Assembly: GCA_036676495.1 (NCBI GenBank)
Contig: JAKFCT010000030.1
Span: 1-64,000 of the forward strand
Direction: 5' to 3'
Source: Candidatus Sericytochromatia bacterium
GTDB lineage: Bacteria; Cyanobacteriota; Sericytochromatia; S15B-MN24; UBA4093
Length of the DNA stretch: 64,000 nt
The notes under the pieces were generated by a model, which saw only the letters and a list, made by a program, of their open reading frames with translations, made no database searches and had not been told where the DNA came from. Positions 9,767 through 18,100 of this stretch are shown here, piece by piece (positions within the stretch are counted from its first letter, which is position 1; each line of letters starts with the position of its first letter). The translations under genes were made by a program, and so were the position numbers.

Positions 9767-9793
9767 AAGGGGGCCGGCAAGCCGGCCCCCTTC
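9767..9793. terminator. Terminator after ppdK
   Basis: AAGGGGGCCGGC-aa-GCCGGCCCCCTT. Confidence 0.75.
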
Positions 9794-9822
9794 CTCTTGC
9801 CGGGTACGCCACCCGGAAAACC

Positions 9823-10812
9823 TTATAGCGAGCGCCGGTTCGAGCGCTCTTCCTCGTCCATCATCCGCTTGGCTTCGGAGAGGCCGATCTGGGCCTTGGT
9901 GAAGTTGGGGTCGTTCTGAAGCGCATTGTGGAACGCCTCGTAGGCATTCGCGTACTTTTGATCGCGCATGAACGCGATGCCCTGATCGTAGTTCTGCTCG
10001 GCGGCCCTGCGCTTGACCTCTGCCAGGAGACGACGCGCATCCGCGCTGTTGGGCTGGAGTTCCACGGCCTGGTTGAAGGCGTCGATGGCCCCGTTGAAGT
10101 TGCCTTCCGCCATGAGGTCCTTGCCCAGCTTCAGGGTCATCTCGTACTTCTGATCCGAGCTGACCGGCGCGAAGATCGGAGCCTTGTCGAACGCATCCTG
10201 GGCGGCGGCCATCTGCTTCTCGACTTCCTGGAGTTTCTGACGCGGCAGCGGATTGCTGTAGTTGAGCCGCCAGGCCTGGTTATAGGCCTCCTTGGCCTTG
10301 TCCCACTCCTGGCGGGACACGAAGACTGCGCCCCGGATGTTGTAGTAGGTGTCGCGGATCTCCTCGGGAATGGTGGTCGGGGAAATGGCAGAGACGATCT
10401 CCTCGGCGAGGCCGAAGGATTTCATCTGAAGCAAGGAGATGGCCAGCAGCAGCTTGGCCGTGAGATCGCCGGGATCCTCCTGGAGCATCCGGTCGTAGAC
10501 CGTATCGGCCTCCGCTCCTTCGAGCGAGCGGAAGACCTGGGTCCGCTCGTTGGAGAGCTGGCGGTAGTTCCGCAAGGCGTCCTCGACCTTGGTGACCTGC
10601 ACGCGGGTCTCGTAGCACTTGGCCAGGTAGTAGTAGGGGCGGGGGTCCTTGGGGAACTGGCGTGTATAGCGCTCCAGCAGCTCGGTGGCTCGCCCGAAGT
10701 CACGCCGTTCGAAGGCTGCGATCCCATCCTGCAAGGTCCCCGCCAGCGCAGCCGGACACCAGAACATCCCCAGCGCGACGGTAAATCCCAAGGCGGTCCT
10801 TCGAAGGTTCAT
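9823..10812 (-). CDS. Exported tetratricopeptide-repeat protein
   Basis: Signal peptide ending AALA; TPR patterns YYYLAKCY, AIDAFNQAVELQPN, ALQNDPNF. Confidence 0.85.
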   Translation of the reverse strand: MNLRRTALGFTVALGMFWCPAALAGTLQDGIAAFERRDFGRATELLERYTRQFPKDPRPYYYLAKCYETRVQVTKVEDALRNYRQLSNERTQVFRSLEGAEADTVYDRMLQEDPGDLTAKLLLAISLLQMKSFGLAEEIVSAISPTTIPEEIRDTYYNIRGAVFVSRQEWDKAKEAYNQAWRLNYSNPLPRQKLQEVEKQMAAAQDAFDKAPIFAPVSSDQKYEMTLKLGKDLMAEGNFNGAIDAFNQAVELQPNSADARRLLAEVKRRAAEQNYDQGIAFMRDQKYANAYEAFHNALQNDPNFTKAQIGLSEAKRMMDEEERSNRRSL

Positions 10813-10886
10813 GCCGACTCCTGTTCGTTGCTGACTCGTTGCCACCTTGCCATGTACCCGGGCAGGGAGGCAGCCAAACGGGCGAA

Positions 10887-12167
10887 CTAGGCCGTTTCCC
10901 CGACGATCGCGGCGTCGACGGGATATTCGAGCATAACCTGGGTCACGCGCACCCCCCGGGTGGCCTTCACGATCAACGTGACCCCGGAGAGCCGCACCAC
11001 GTCCCCGACCTTGGCTACCCGCCCCAGGCGATTGACGACCAGACCGCCGAGCGTATGGACTCCCTCGGTGGGAAGCTCGAGGCCCAAGGACTGGTTAAGC
11101 TCGTCGAGGTTGATCATGGTGTCCACCAGGGCCACTCCGGGACTGAGCTGGCGGATCCAGGGGACCTCCTCGTCGGTCTCGTCGCGAATCTCCCCGACGA
11201 TCTGCTCCAGGACGTCCTCCACGGTCACCAGGCCCGCGGTGCCTCCGTACTCGTCCGTCACGATCGCGATTTGCAGCTCTTGCTGCTGCATCTCGCGCAG
11301 GAACTCGTCGAGGCGCTTGTTCTCGGGGACATGGTAGGCGGGATGCATGATGCGGCGGAGATCCCAGGGTTCGCCGCGGGCCGCGGTCAAGAGGATGTCG
11401 CGGGCGTTGACGATGCCGAGGATGTTGTCGATGGAATCGCCGAAGACCGGCATGCGGGTATAGGCTTCGCTCACGATCAGGGCGATCGCCTCCTCCATGC
11501 TGATCTCTTGCGACAGCGCCACGATATCGACCCGCGGGGTGAGCACCGCGCTCACGGGAGTATCGTCGAAGGCCAGGGCCGACGTGAGCAACAGGGTTTC
11601 CTCCTGCTCGATGACACCCTGCTCCTGACCGATCTCGATCAGGGTGCGCAGCTCTTCTTCGGTGTAGCGGGGAGCGGCGGTCGCCTCCTGCGCCCCCAGC
11701 AAGCGGATCACCGGGGTCGTCAAGGCCAGTAGGCCTCCGACCAGGGGCCGCAGGGCGATCATGAGCAGCCGAACGGGCCGGGCCACCCAGCGGCTCACGG
11801 TATCCGGCCGGGAGGCCGCCACGGACTTGGGGATGATCTCCCCGACGACCAGAACCAAGAGGGAAAGGCCCAGGAAGGCGACGATAAGCGCCCAGGTGCT
11901 GTCGGGAAGCCATCGCAACGCCAGGCTCGTGCCCACGACCACCAGGGCGACGATGGAAAGCGTGTTGCCCAGCAGGACCGTCGAGAGCAGGCGACGCGGC
12001 TGCTGGATCAGCCGGTGGATGAGTTTCGCGAGGCGATCGTCCTCGTCGAGGCGTTGCCTGAGCTTGGCCCGGTTGATGGAGGTGAGGGCGGTTTCGGCGG
12101 CCGAAAACAAGGTGGAGAGTAGCAGGGCGGCGATCAGGACCACCCACTCGAACTGCGGGGATAAAAT
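10887..12167 (-). CDS. CNNM/HlyC-CorC family membrane protein (DUF21-CBS-CorC); start either ATT 12167 or GTG 12143
   Basis: FSAAETA, GEIIPKS, TPRVD, DEYGGTAGLVTVEDVLEQIVGEIRDE; AGGAGG lies 7 nt before the in-frame ATT. Confidence 0.92.
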   Translation of the reverse strand: MLSPQFEWVVLIAALLLSTLFSAAETALTSINRAKLRQRLDEDDRLAKLIHRLIQQPRRLLSTVLLGNTLSIVALVVVGTSLALRWLPDSTWALIVAFLGLSLLVLVVGEIIPKSVAASRPDTVSRWVARPVRLLMIALRPLVGGLLALTTPVIRLLGAQEATAAPRYTEEELRTLIEIGQEQGVIEQEETLLLTSALAFDDTPVSAVLTPRVDIVALSQEISMEEAIALIVSEAYTRMPVFGDSIDNILGIVNARDILLTAARGEPWDLRRIMHPAYHVPENKRLDEFLREMQQQELQIAIVTDEYGGTAGLVTVEDVLEQIVGEIRDETDEEVPWIRQLSPGVALVDTMINLDELNQSLGLELPTEGVHTLGGLVVNRLGRVAKVGDVVRLSGVTLIVKATRGVRVTQVMLEYPVDAAIVGETA

Positions 12168-12346
12168 ACCGTCTCCTCCTCTTTCGTAACGACGAGCCGA
12201 GCCCAGCGGAGTTGTGACGAATTATAACACAGGGATTTGGTTAACCTTCGAGTAAGCAGGGCAAGTCTTGGCGTTAAGAAAGCGACAAGTAACCTTGAAG
12301 AACTCCGCCTGAACCCGCCCCCTTCGCCCCCTGCCGGAGGAAGACC

Positions 12347-13840
12347 GTGACCCGACGTTTGCGCCGCTTCGCCCTCGCCCTCGCCCTCGGCTTGACCAGC
12401 CTGGGCTGCAGCGCCGCTCCGGGAATCCCCGCCGGTTCCGATCAGGCGCTCGACGCGCAGCGAAGCCGAAGTACCGCGCTCGACGCCTGGAAGGACGAGG
12501 TCATCTACTTCGTCCTGCTCGATCGCTTCGCCAACGGCAACCGCCAAAACGACTTCAACGTCCAGCTCAACAATCCGACCGCTTACCACGGCGGGGACCT
12601 CGACGGGCTGATCTCCAAGCTTCCCTACCTCGACAGCCTCGGGGTCACCACCCTCTGGATCTCGCCGGTGGTGGACAACGACGACGACCAGCTCGCCAAT
12701 ACCGGCCTCTGGGGCTTCCATGGCTACTGGGCCAAGGACTTCGAGAAGGTCGACGAACACCTCGGGGACGTCGCCAAGGTCAAGGAACTGCTCTCCAAGG
12801 CCCATGCCCGCGGGATGAAGGTGGTGCTGGACATCGTCGCCAACCACGGGGGCTACGAGTACAAGCACCGGGACGATCCCCGCTACAAGAGCTGGTTCAA
12901 CGCGCACGGCAACATCCAGAACTGGGACGATCAATGGTGGCTCGAAAACGGCTCGCTCTATGGCTTGCCGGATTTCGACCAGAAGAATGCGGACGCCCGC
13001 AAGTACCTGATCGACGTCTGGGCCAGATGGGCCGCGCTCGGATTCGACGGCTTCCGCGTCGACACGGTCAAGCACGTCCCCAAGGATTTCTGGGCGGACT
13101 TCAACACCCAGATCGCGCAGCGCACCAAGTCGGACTTTCTCTTGCTGGGAGAGGTGCTGCACGGGGACGTGGGCTACGTGGCCGACTACCAGCGGCGCGG
13201 CAAGTTCCACTCGCTCTTCGATTTCCCGCTCTACTACACGCTCAACGACGTCTTCGCCAAGGGAGCGTCGATGCGGAAGCTGGGCGAGCGCTTCGCGCAG
13301 GATGGGACCTACCCGAACGCGGACCTGCTCTCACCGTTCATCGACAACCACGACGTGCCGCGCTTTCTCTCGCAGGCCGGCGGCGATCTCTCCAAGCTGA
13401 AACTGGCGCTCGCCTGCGTGCTGACCGTGCGCGGGATTCCCTCTCTCTATTACGGGACCGAGGTGGGGATGACCGGCCACAAGGAGCCCGAGAACCGCGA
13501 GGACATGGCCTGGGGCAAGAACCCCGAGCTCACGCGCTACGTGCAGCAGCTCTTGAAGGCGCGGAAGGACTCGGTGGCCCTGCGGCGCGGGAAACAGCTC
13601 GAGATGTGGCAGGACGACGAGGTCTACGCCTATGGTCGGCTGACCGCCCAGGAAGAAGCCGTTGTGGTCCTCAATAACGACACGCGCCCGCAGGTGAGGG
13701 AGATTCCATTGCGCGCGGAGAGCCGGCTCAAGGATGGCGCGCGGCTGGTCGACGCGCTGAGCGGGGAGACTTTGGTCGTCTCCCAGCGCAAGCTCCGCGT
13801 GACGGTTCCGGCCAAGGGCGCCTTGATCCTGAAGTCCTAG
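12347..13840 (+). CDS. GH13 alpha-amylase family lipoprotein, probably Tat-exported
   Basis: RRLRRF signal with LGC lipobox; DRFANG, GFHGYW, DIVANH, DGFRVDTVKH, GEV, FIDNHD. Confidence 0.93.
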   Translation: MTRRLRRFALALALGLTSLGCSAAPGIPAGSDQALDAQRSRSTALDAWKDEVIYFVLLDRFANGNRQNDFNVQLNNPTAYHGGDLDGLISKLPYLDSLGVTTLWISPVVDNDDDQLANTGLWGFHGYWAKDFEKVDEHLGDVAKVKELLSKAHARGMKVVLDIVANHGGYEYKHRDDPRYKSWFNAHGNIQNWDDQWWLENGSLYGLPDFDQKNADARKYLIDVWARWAALGFDGFRVDTVKHVPKDFWADFNTQIAQRTKSDFLLLGEVLHGDVGYVADYQRRGKFHSLFDFPLYYTLNDVFAKGASMRKLGERFAQDGTYPNADLLSPFIDNHDVPRFLSQAGGDLSKLKLALACVLTVRGIPSLYYGTEVGMTGHKEPENREDMAWGKNPELTRYVQQLLKARKDSVALRRGKQLEMWQDDEVYAYGRLTAQEEAVVVLNNDTRPQVREIPLRAESRLKDGARLVDALSGETLVVSQRKLRVTVPAKGALILKS

Positions 13841-13910
13841 AGGGACTTGCGCGGCTTCAGACCTGCTTTCCTTTTCCAGCCCTGGCCGCTTTACAACGGC
13901 CACTGAGTTC

Positions 13911-13944
13911 GACGCCCCCTCGCCTATGCTGGCGAGGGGGCGTC
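13911..13944. terminator. Bidirectional terminator originally shared by the amylase and dac genes
   Basis: GACGCCCCCTCGCC-tatgct-GGCGAGGGGGCGTC. Confidence 0.75.
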
Positions 13945-14027
13945 AAGCGATTTGGTTTCAGGGGTTAGAAGGGGTCTCACAAACATGGGCTTCTGATAGA
14001 AACCGAGGGAAGGACAGACCCTCTCGA

Positions 14028-14603
14028 TTAACCAAGGCCAAGCCGCACGCTGGCATGGGCGCTGCGATACAAGACTCCGTCACTGACCGCCCTTACGCGG
14101 TAGTACTCCGGCTGGGTAACCGTGCTTGTGAGCAGCATGTGAGAGACGAGAGCTTCGTCAGTAGGCCTCACAGCGCCGAGTTCTGCGTCAACTTCCAGCT
14201 CCTCGCCAGCAAACAGCGCAACGTCCCCATAACGTTTGGCTGCAAGGTAGATGTCAGCCAGGAGTGCCTCAGTTCCAGACATACCAACCTTCGATAGGCG
14301 ATTAATCGGGAAGAAAACTGAATAGCGCGCCCTGGGTCCAGCCTCCTCTATACCAATACCCCCATCTGCGCTACCCCTCGGAGGATAGACAAACGCAAGA
14401 GTGCCAGGACGAAGTGGTTGGGAAAGAGTCTGGAGCCCTTGTGAATCCCAGTGTTCACCCGTCGAGCAAACCAGGTAGCTTACCTCCGATGGGGCCCCCA
14501 TGAAGGCGTTGCTTGCCTGAGCGAGATCACATACAAGAGCTTGTCTCAGCCCCCTGGTAGGCCCTGTGGGGAATAGGAGGTTTGCAACAAATACGGGCGG
14601 CAT
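14028..14603 (-). CDS. Lower-GC passenger gene, 191 aa, possible toxin immunity protein
   Basis: GAGGAG RBS before ATG (MPPVFVANLL...); atypical codon usage; lies between the IS TIRs. Confidence 0.65.
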   Translation of the reverse strand: MPPVFVANLLFPTGPTRGLRQALVCDLAQASNAFMGAPSEVSYLVCSTGEHWDSQGLQTLSQPLRPGTLAFVYPPRGSADGGIGIEEAGPRARYSVFFPINRLSKVGMSGTEALLADIYLAAKRYGDVALFAGEELEVDAELGAVRPTDEALVSHMLLTSTVTQPEYYRVRAVSDGVLYRSAHASVRLGLG

Positions 14604-14659
14604 GCTCCTCTCATACCCATTAACCGATTGGCTTGTGGGTAGTTTGAACAACCAGGCGA

Positions 14660-15200
14660 AAACCTGGCTTCTGTCCTCAACGCGCTGGCCAACGAGCTGC
14701 ACGAGCGCGGCGACCTCGATCTGAGCGAGTGTTTTATCGACGGCGCGTTCTCCAGCGCCAAACGGGGGGTGGCTCGGTTGGCAAGACGAAGCGGAGCAAG
14801 GGCTCCAAGGTCATGGCTATCGTGGAGGCGAGTGGGCTTCCCATCGCGATCCATGTGGACGCTGCCTCACCCCACGAGGTCACGCTGGTCGAGGCTGCCT
14901 GGGCCCGCCGCATCACCGGTGCCGAACCCAATCGCCTCATCGGAGACAAGGCTTACGACTCCGATGGGCTAGATGCGGATCTCGCGGCTTCGGGGATCGC
15001 GATAATCGCCCCAAACCGCCGAAGCCGGTTCAAGACCCAGGATGGATGTTTCTTGAGACGCGACTAGCGGGTTTGGAAGGTGAAACGGCTCTTCGCCTGG
15101 CTCCCCAACTTCAGGCGCATCGTCACCCGCCGGGAGGTCAAAGCCGGCAACGACCTTTATCCACCTGGGCAGCATCCTTATCCTGCTCAGGCGTTTATGA
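14660..15200 (+). pseudogene. IS5-family transposase pseudogene (5' part missing, internal stop)
   Basis: LDLSECFIDGAFSSAKRG, slip site AAACGGGGGG (14760-14769), VGKTKRSKGSKVMAIV, LIGDKAYDSD, TAG at 15065-15067, WKVKRLFAWL. Confidence 0.9.
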
Positions 15201-15208
15201 GACCGCTT

Positions 15209-16057
15209 CTAGTCGAGGGCGACGCGCTCGTCGTTGGGATCCTCGAGGCGGCGCGCGACCAGATTGGTGGCCATCTGGAGCATGAGGCGGGCTTCGGGCC
15301 AGAGCTGCTTGGCGCCGAGAAAGACGAAGGTGACGGGTTGCTCACCCTGCACCACCCCGACGTAACAGAGCTTGGCGGCGTTGGTGAAGCCGGTCTTGCC
15401 GACGACGGGGATGTCGTACTGGGTGAGGAGCTTGTTTTTGTTGACCAGGGTGCGGGCCTCGTGATGGCCTTTCCATTCGAGCTCGATGCGCTTGGTGCCG
15501 GCGATTTGCACGAAGTCGGGGTTCTTCATGGCCGCGTTCATGATGAGCGCGAGGTCCTGGACCGTGGAGACGTGACGCTCGTCCGGCAGACCGTGCGGGT
15601 TGACGAAGTGCGAGTCCGTGGCGCCGAGCATGCGGGCTTTGCGGTTCATGAGGATGGCGAACTTCTCCTCGGACCCGCCGATATGCTCGGCCAGGGCCAC
15701 GCAGGCGTCGTTGGCCGAGCGCAGCATGGCGGCGTAGAGCAGCTCGCGCACGGTGTAGAACTCGCCGGGCTTCACCCCCAGGGCCGAGGGCGGGGTGTTG
15801 GCCGCGTTTCGCGAGATCTTGACCACCTCGTTGAGGTGGGCATGCTCGAGGGCCGTCAGGACCGTCAGGACCTTGGTCGTGCTCGCCGGAGGCAGCTTCG
15901 CGTCGGAGTTGCGCGCGTAAAGCACCTTGCCCTGGTGGTCCAGGACCAACGCCGCGCGGGCCGTCAGGTCGGCAGGGTTCACCGCCGCCGGCTTCGCCAG
16001 CGCCGGAAGGGAGGCGAACGCGATCAGTCCCGCCACGATCCAGGCGCCTACTCGCAT
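15209..16057 (-). CDS. D-alanyl-D-alanine carboxypeptidase (peptidase S11, DacA-like)
   Basis: Signal peptide; PPASTTK (SxxK), RSANDA (SxN), FVNPHGL, GKTGFT. Confidence 0.93.
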   Translation of the reverse strand: MRVGAWIVAGLIAFASLPALAKPAAVNPADLTARAALVLDHQGKVLYARNSDAKLPPASTTKVLTVLTALEHAHLNEVVKISRNAANTPPSALGVKPGEFYTVRELLYAAMLRSANDACVALAEHIGGSEEKFAILMNRKARMLGATDSHFVNPHGLPDERHVSTVQDLALIMNAAMKNPDFVQIAGTKRIELEWKGHHEARTLVNKNKLLTQYDIPVVGKTGFTNAAKLCYVGVVQGEQPVTFVFLGAKQLWPEARLMLQMATNLVARRLEDPNDERVALD

Positions 16058-16083
16058 CTCATGCCTCCTTGCCTTTCCACTTT

Positions 16084-16231
16084 CGGTCCTCTTGACGTCC
16101 GGTCACGGGCTTCGCCTCGGGGAATCCCCGGCCTCCGCCGGCCTCACGAACCCGGGGGGCCTGACGCGGGTTGCGTGCTGGGGTTCCCATGCGCGGCTTC
16201 TTGACGCTCGTCGGTTGGGCGTCCAAGGCTG
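16084..16231. ncRNA. Candidate structured RNA (long imperfect rod) upstream of the dac gene
   Basis: Nested complementary segments 16094-16110/16206-16223, 16120-16129/16180-16188, 16145-16154/16167-16177. Confidence 0.4.
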
Positions 16232-16290
16232 ACTATACCCAACTTACCGCCCTCCCTACACCGCCTGGCGGGCGAAAGCTTTCGTCAGAC

Positions 16291-16319
16291 TTGACAAAGG
16301 ACCCCGCCCGGCTTAGGGT
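16291..16319 (+). promoter_or_regulatory. Sigma-70 promoter, probably giving a leaderless dppC mRNA
   Basis: TTGACA-N17-TAGGGT, 8 nt before ATG 16328, no SD. Confidence 0.6.
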
Positions 16320-16327
16320 TACGGCAA

Positions 16328-17179
16328 ATGGCCCAAACCCTCGACCTCCCCGGCGCCGCCCCGGCGAAACCTCGACGCCGCCCCGACCTCCTCACCCTCG
16401 CGTGCGGAGGCGTGATCCTGCTCGTCGTCGCCCTCGCCGCCCTCGCCCCCTGGCTCACCGCCGCCTCCCCCACCGTTCCCCTGCCGCAGGGCCTCGATCC
16501 CAACGGCCTCCCCCTCGCCCCCAGCGCCGCCCACCCCTTCGGCACCGACGACCTCGGCCGCGACGCCTTCGCCCGCTGGCTCTACGGAGGCCGCGTCTCC
16601 CTGGCCGTCGGCTTCAGCGCCACCGCCCTCGCCGGCCTCCTCGGAGTCGGCCTGGGAGTCCTCGCCGGCTACCGCGGAGGCTGGGTCGACATGGTCCTCA
16701 TGCGCCTCACCGAGATCGTCATGGCCTTCCCCACCCTGCTTCTCGCCATGGGCCTCGCCGCCGTCCTGCCCCCCCACCCCGCCATGGTCGTGCTCACCCT
16801 CGGCCTCGTCGGCTGGACGGCCATTGCCCGCCTCGTCCGCGGCATGACCCTCTCCCTGCGCGAAACCGAGTTCATCGAGGCCTCCCGCGCCATGGGCGGC
16901 AACTCCCTCTGGATCCTGCTTCGCCACCTCCTGCCCAATCTCTCGGGCGCCATCTCCTCGCTTCTGGCCCTCAAGCTCGCCGATATGTTCCTGCTGGAAG
17001 CCGCTCTCAGCTTCCTGGGCCTCGGAGTCCGCCCCCCCACCCCGTCATGGGGCAACATGATCCACGACGGCCAGCTCTATTTCCGCGACGCCCCCTGGCT
17101 CTTCATGGCCCCGGGCCTCGCCATCTTCGCCATCGTCCTGGCCTTCAACCTGCTCGGCGATCGCTGGGGCCGCCGCTGA
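16328..17179 (+). CDS. Di/oligopeptide ABC permease (DppC/OppC type)
   Basis: HPFGTDDLGRD, EFIEASRAMG, LSFLGLGVRPPTPSWG. Confidence 0.93.
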   Translation: MAQTLDLPGAAPAKPRRRPDLLTLACGGVILLVVALAALAPWLTAASPTVPLPQGLDPNGLPLAPSAAHPFGTDDLGRDAFARWLYGGRVSLAVGFSATALAGLLGVGLGVLAGYRGGWVDMVLMRLTEIVMAFPTLLLAMGLAAVLPPHPAMVVLTLGLVGWTAIARLVRGMTLSLRETEFIEASRAMGGNSLWILLRHLLPNLSGAISSLLALKLADMFLLEAALSFLGLGVRPPTPSWGNMIHDGQLYFRDAPWLFMAPGLAIFAIVLAFNLLGDRWGRR

Positions 17180-17183
17180 CCGC

Positions 17184-17212
17184 TTTACAAAACTCCATCA
17201 ACTTGCTAGACT
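17184..17212 (+). promoter_or_regulatory. Sigma-70 promoter with extended -10
   Basis: TTTACA-N17-TAGACT with TG at the extended position. Confidence 0.6.
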
Positions 17213-17323
17213 GATCCCAGCGATCCCCGTCGGCGATCGCCCTCGGGCAACGAAGCCCCGCTCCCACGCCGCGCGCGTCCCCCGGACGCCGCCCCCGGCG
17301 ACGACGAGGATCGGAGGTTGCCC

Positions 17324-17461
17324 ATGTCCCACCGCCCGTTCACCCCCATCCCCTGCGAGAGCTGCCCGAAAAACCGCCGCTGCGACTTCGTCGTCTGCTT
17401 CATGCGGCCCGACGCCCCCTCGCCCCTGCCCGCCTGGGCCTTGCCCCGGCCGCGCTCATGA
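17324..17461 (+). CDS. Small Cys-rich protein, 45 aa (below the ORF-track cutoff)
   Basis: GGAGG-N6-ATG; MSHRPFTPIPCESCPKNRRCDFVVCFMRPDAPSPLPAWALPRPRS; C-ending codons like the neighbours. Confidence 0.6.
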   Translation: MSHRPFTPIPCESCPKNRRCDFVVCFMRPDAPSPLPAWALPRPRS

Positions 17462-17513
17462 CGTTCCTTTCTCGCTCGGTTTGATCTCCGCAATCCCCGG
17501 GCATGAGGGGGGC

Positions 17514-18050
17514 ATGATCCAACTCGAAGGCTTCACCCAACGCACGACCGTCCTGGCGGCCTCCCCCGAGGAAGTCGCCCGCTACTTCTCCGGCAACGAA
17601 TCCCTGCTCAAGCAACTCGTCGGATCGGACCGCGTCGAACGCCTCGCCCACCAGCGCTACCTCGTCTCCGTCGGGAGGTTCGAGGCCCTCGGCCTGGTCA
17701 TCGACCCCCACTTCGAAGTCGTCTTCGAGGACCTGCCCACCCTCACCCGCATGGAGTCCACCTCCTGCCGCGTCGTCACCTCCGAGCACCTCGACCTCGA
17801 ACTCGCCGCCGGCTTCTCCGGCGAAGCGCACTTCGAAGCCCATCCCGACGGCTGCCTGCTCACCTCGTGGAGCGCCGCCCGGGTCGACCTCCTCCGCCTG
17901 CCCGGCCTGCTGCGCGGCCTGCCCCCCGGCATGATCCAGAAGATCGGCAATGCCGTCATCCACAAGGCGCTCGAAGCGACCAGCGCCCGCTTCGTCCCCC
18001 TGATCCGCGAGGACTTCGAGCGCTGGAAAAGCGCTTCCGTCCCTTGTTGA
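17514..18050 (+). CDS. DUF1997/SRPBCC-like protein
   Basis: GAGGGGG RBS; RVERLAHQRYLVSVGRFEALG...LPPGMIQKIGNAVI resembles the DUF1997 pattern (recalled). Confidence 0.6.
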   Translation: MIQLEGFTQRTTVLAASPEEVARYFSGNESLLKQLVGSDRVERLAHQRYLVSVGRFEALGLVIDPHFEVVFEDLPTLTRMESTSCRVVTSEHLDLELAAGFSGEAHFEAHPDGCLLTSWSAARVDLLRLPGLLRGLPPGMIQKIGNAVIHKALEATSARFVPLIREDFERWKSASVPC

Positions 18051-18100
18051 GCCCCCCAACCTTTGATAGGCTGAGGTCAACCCCACCCGGAAGAAGGACC

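Larger units (their letters stand above)
13968..15209 (+). mobile_element. Defective IS5-family (IS427-like) element with passenger gene
   Basis: 17-bp TIRs GAAGGGGTCTCACAAAC (13968-13984) and GTTTATGAGACCGCTTC (15193-15209), 15/17 match; TA on both flanks; transposase remnant inside. Confidence 0.85.

Noticed and set aside
6874-9780. Long antisense ORFs (also 23501-25975, 32331-34694, 42563-44731, 49184-51553 and others)
   Set aside because: Shadow frames opposite well-identified genes, expected from high-GC codon bias; no motifs or RBS
14604-14702. ORF-track N-terminal extension of the passenger gene
   Set aside because: Runs antisense into the transposase remnant; the RBS supports ATG 14603
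16060-16237. c-di-AMP (ydaO) or glmS element before the cell-wall gene
   Set aside because: Conserved cores (GCCGAATCC/GTCAGCTAA; AGCGCC...TTATCGAA) not found in the right arrangement on either strand
17428-17440. CCGCCTGGGC as the 3' end of a ZTP riboswitch
   Set aside because: The 5' GACTG(G/A)CG element is absent and the motif lies inside the small ORF
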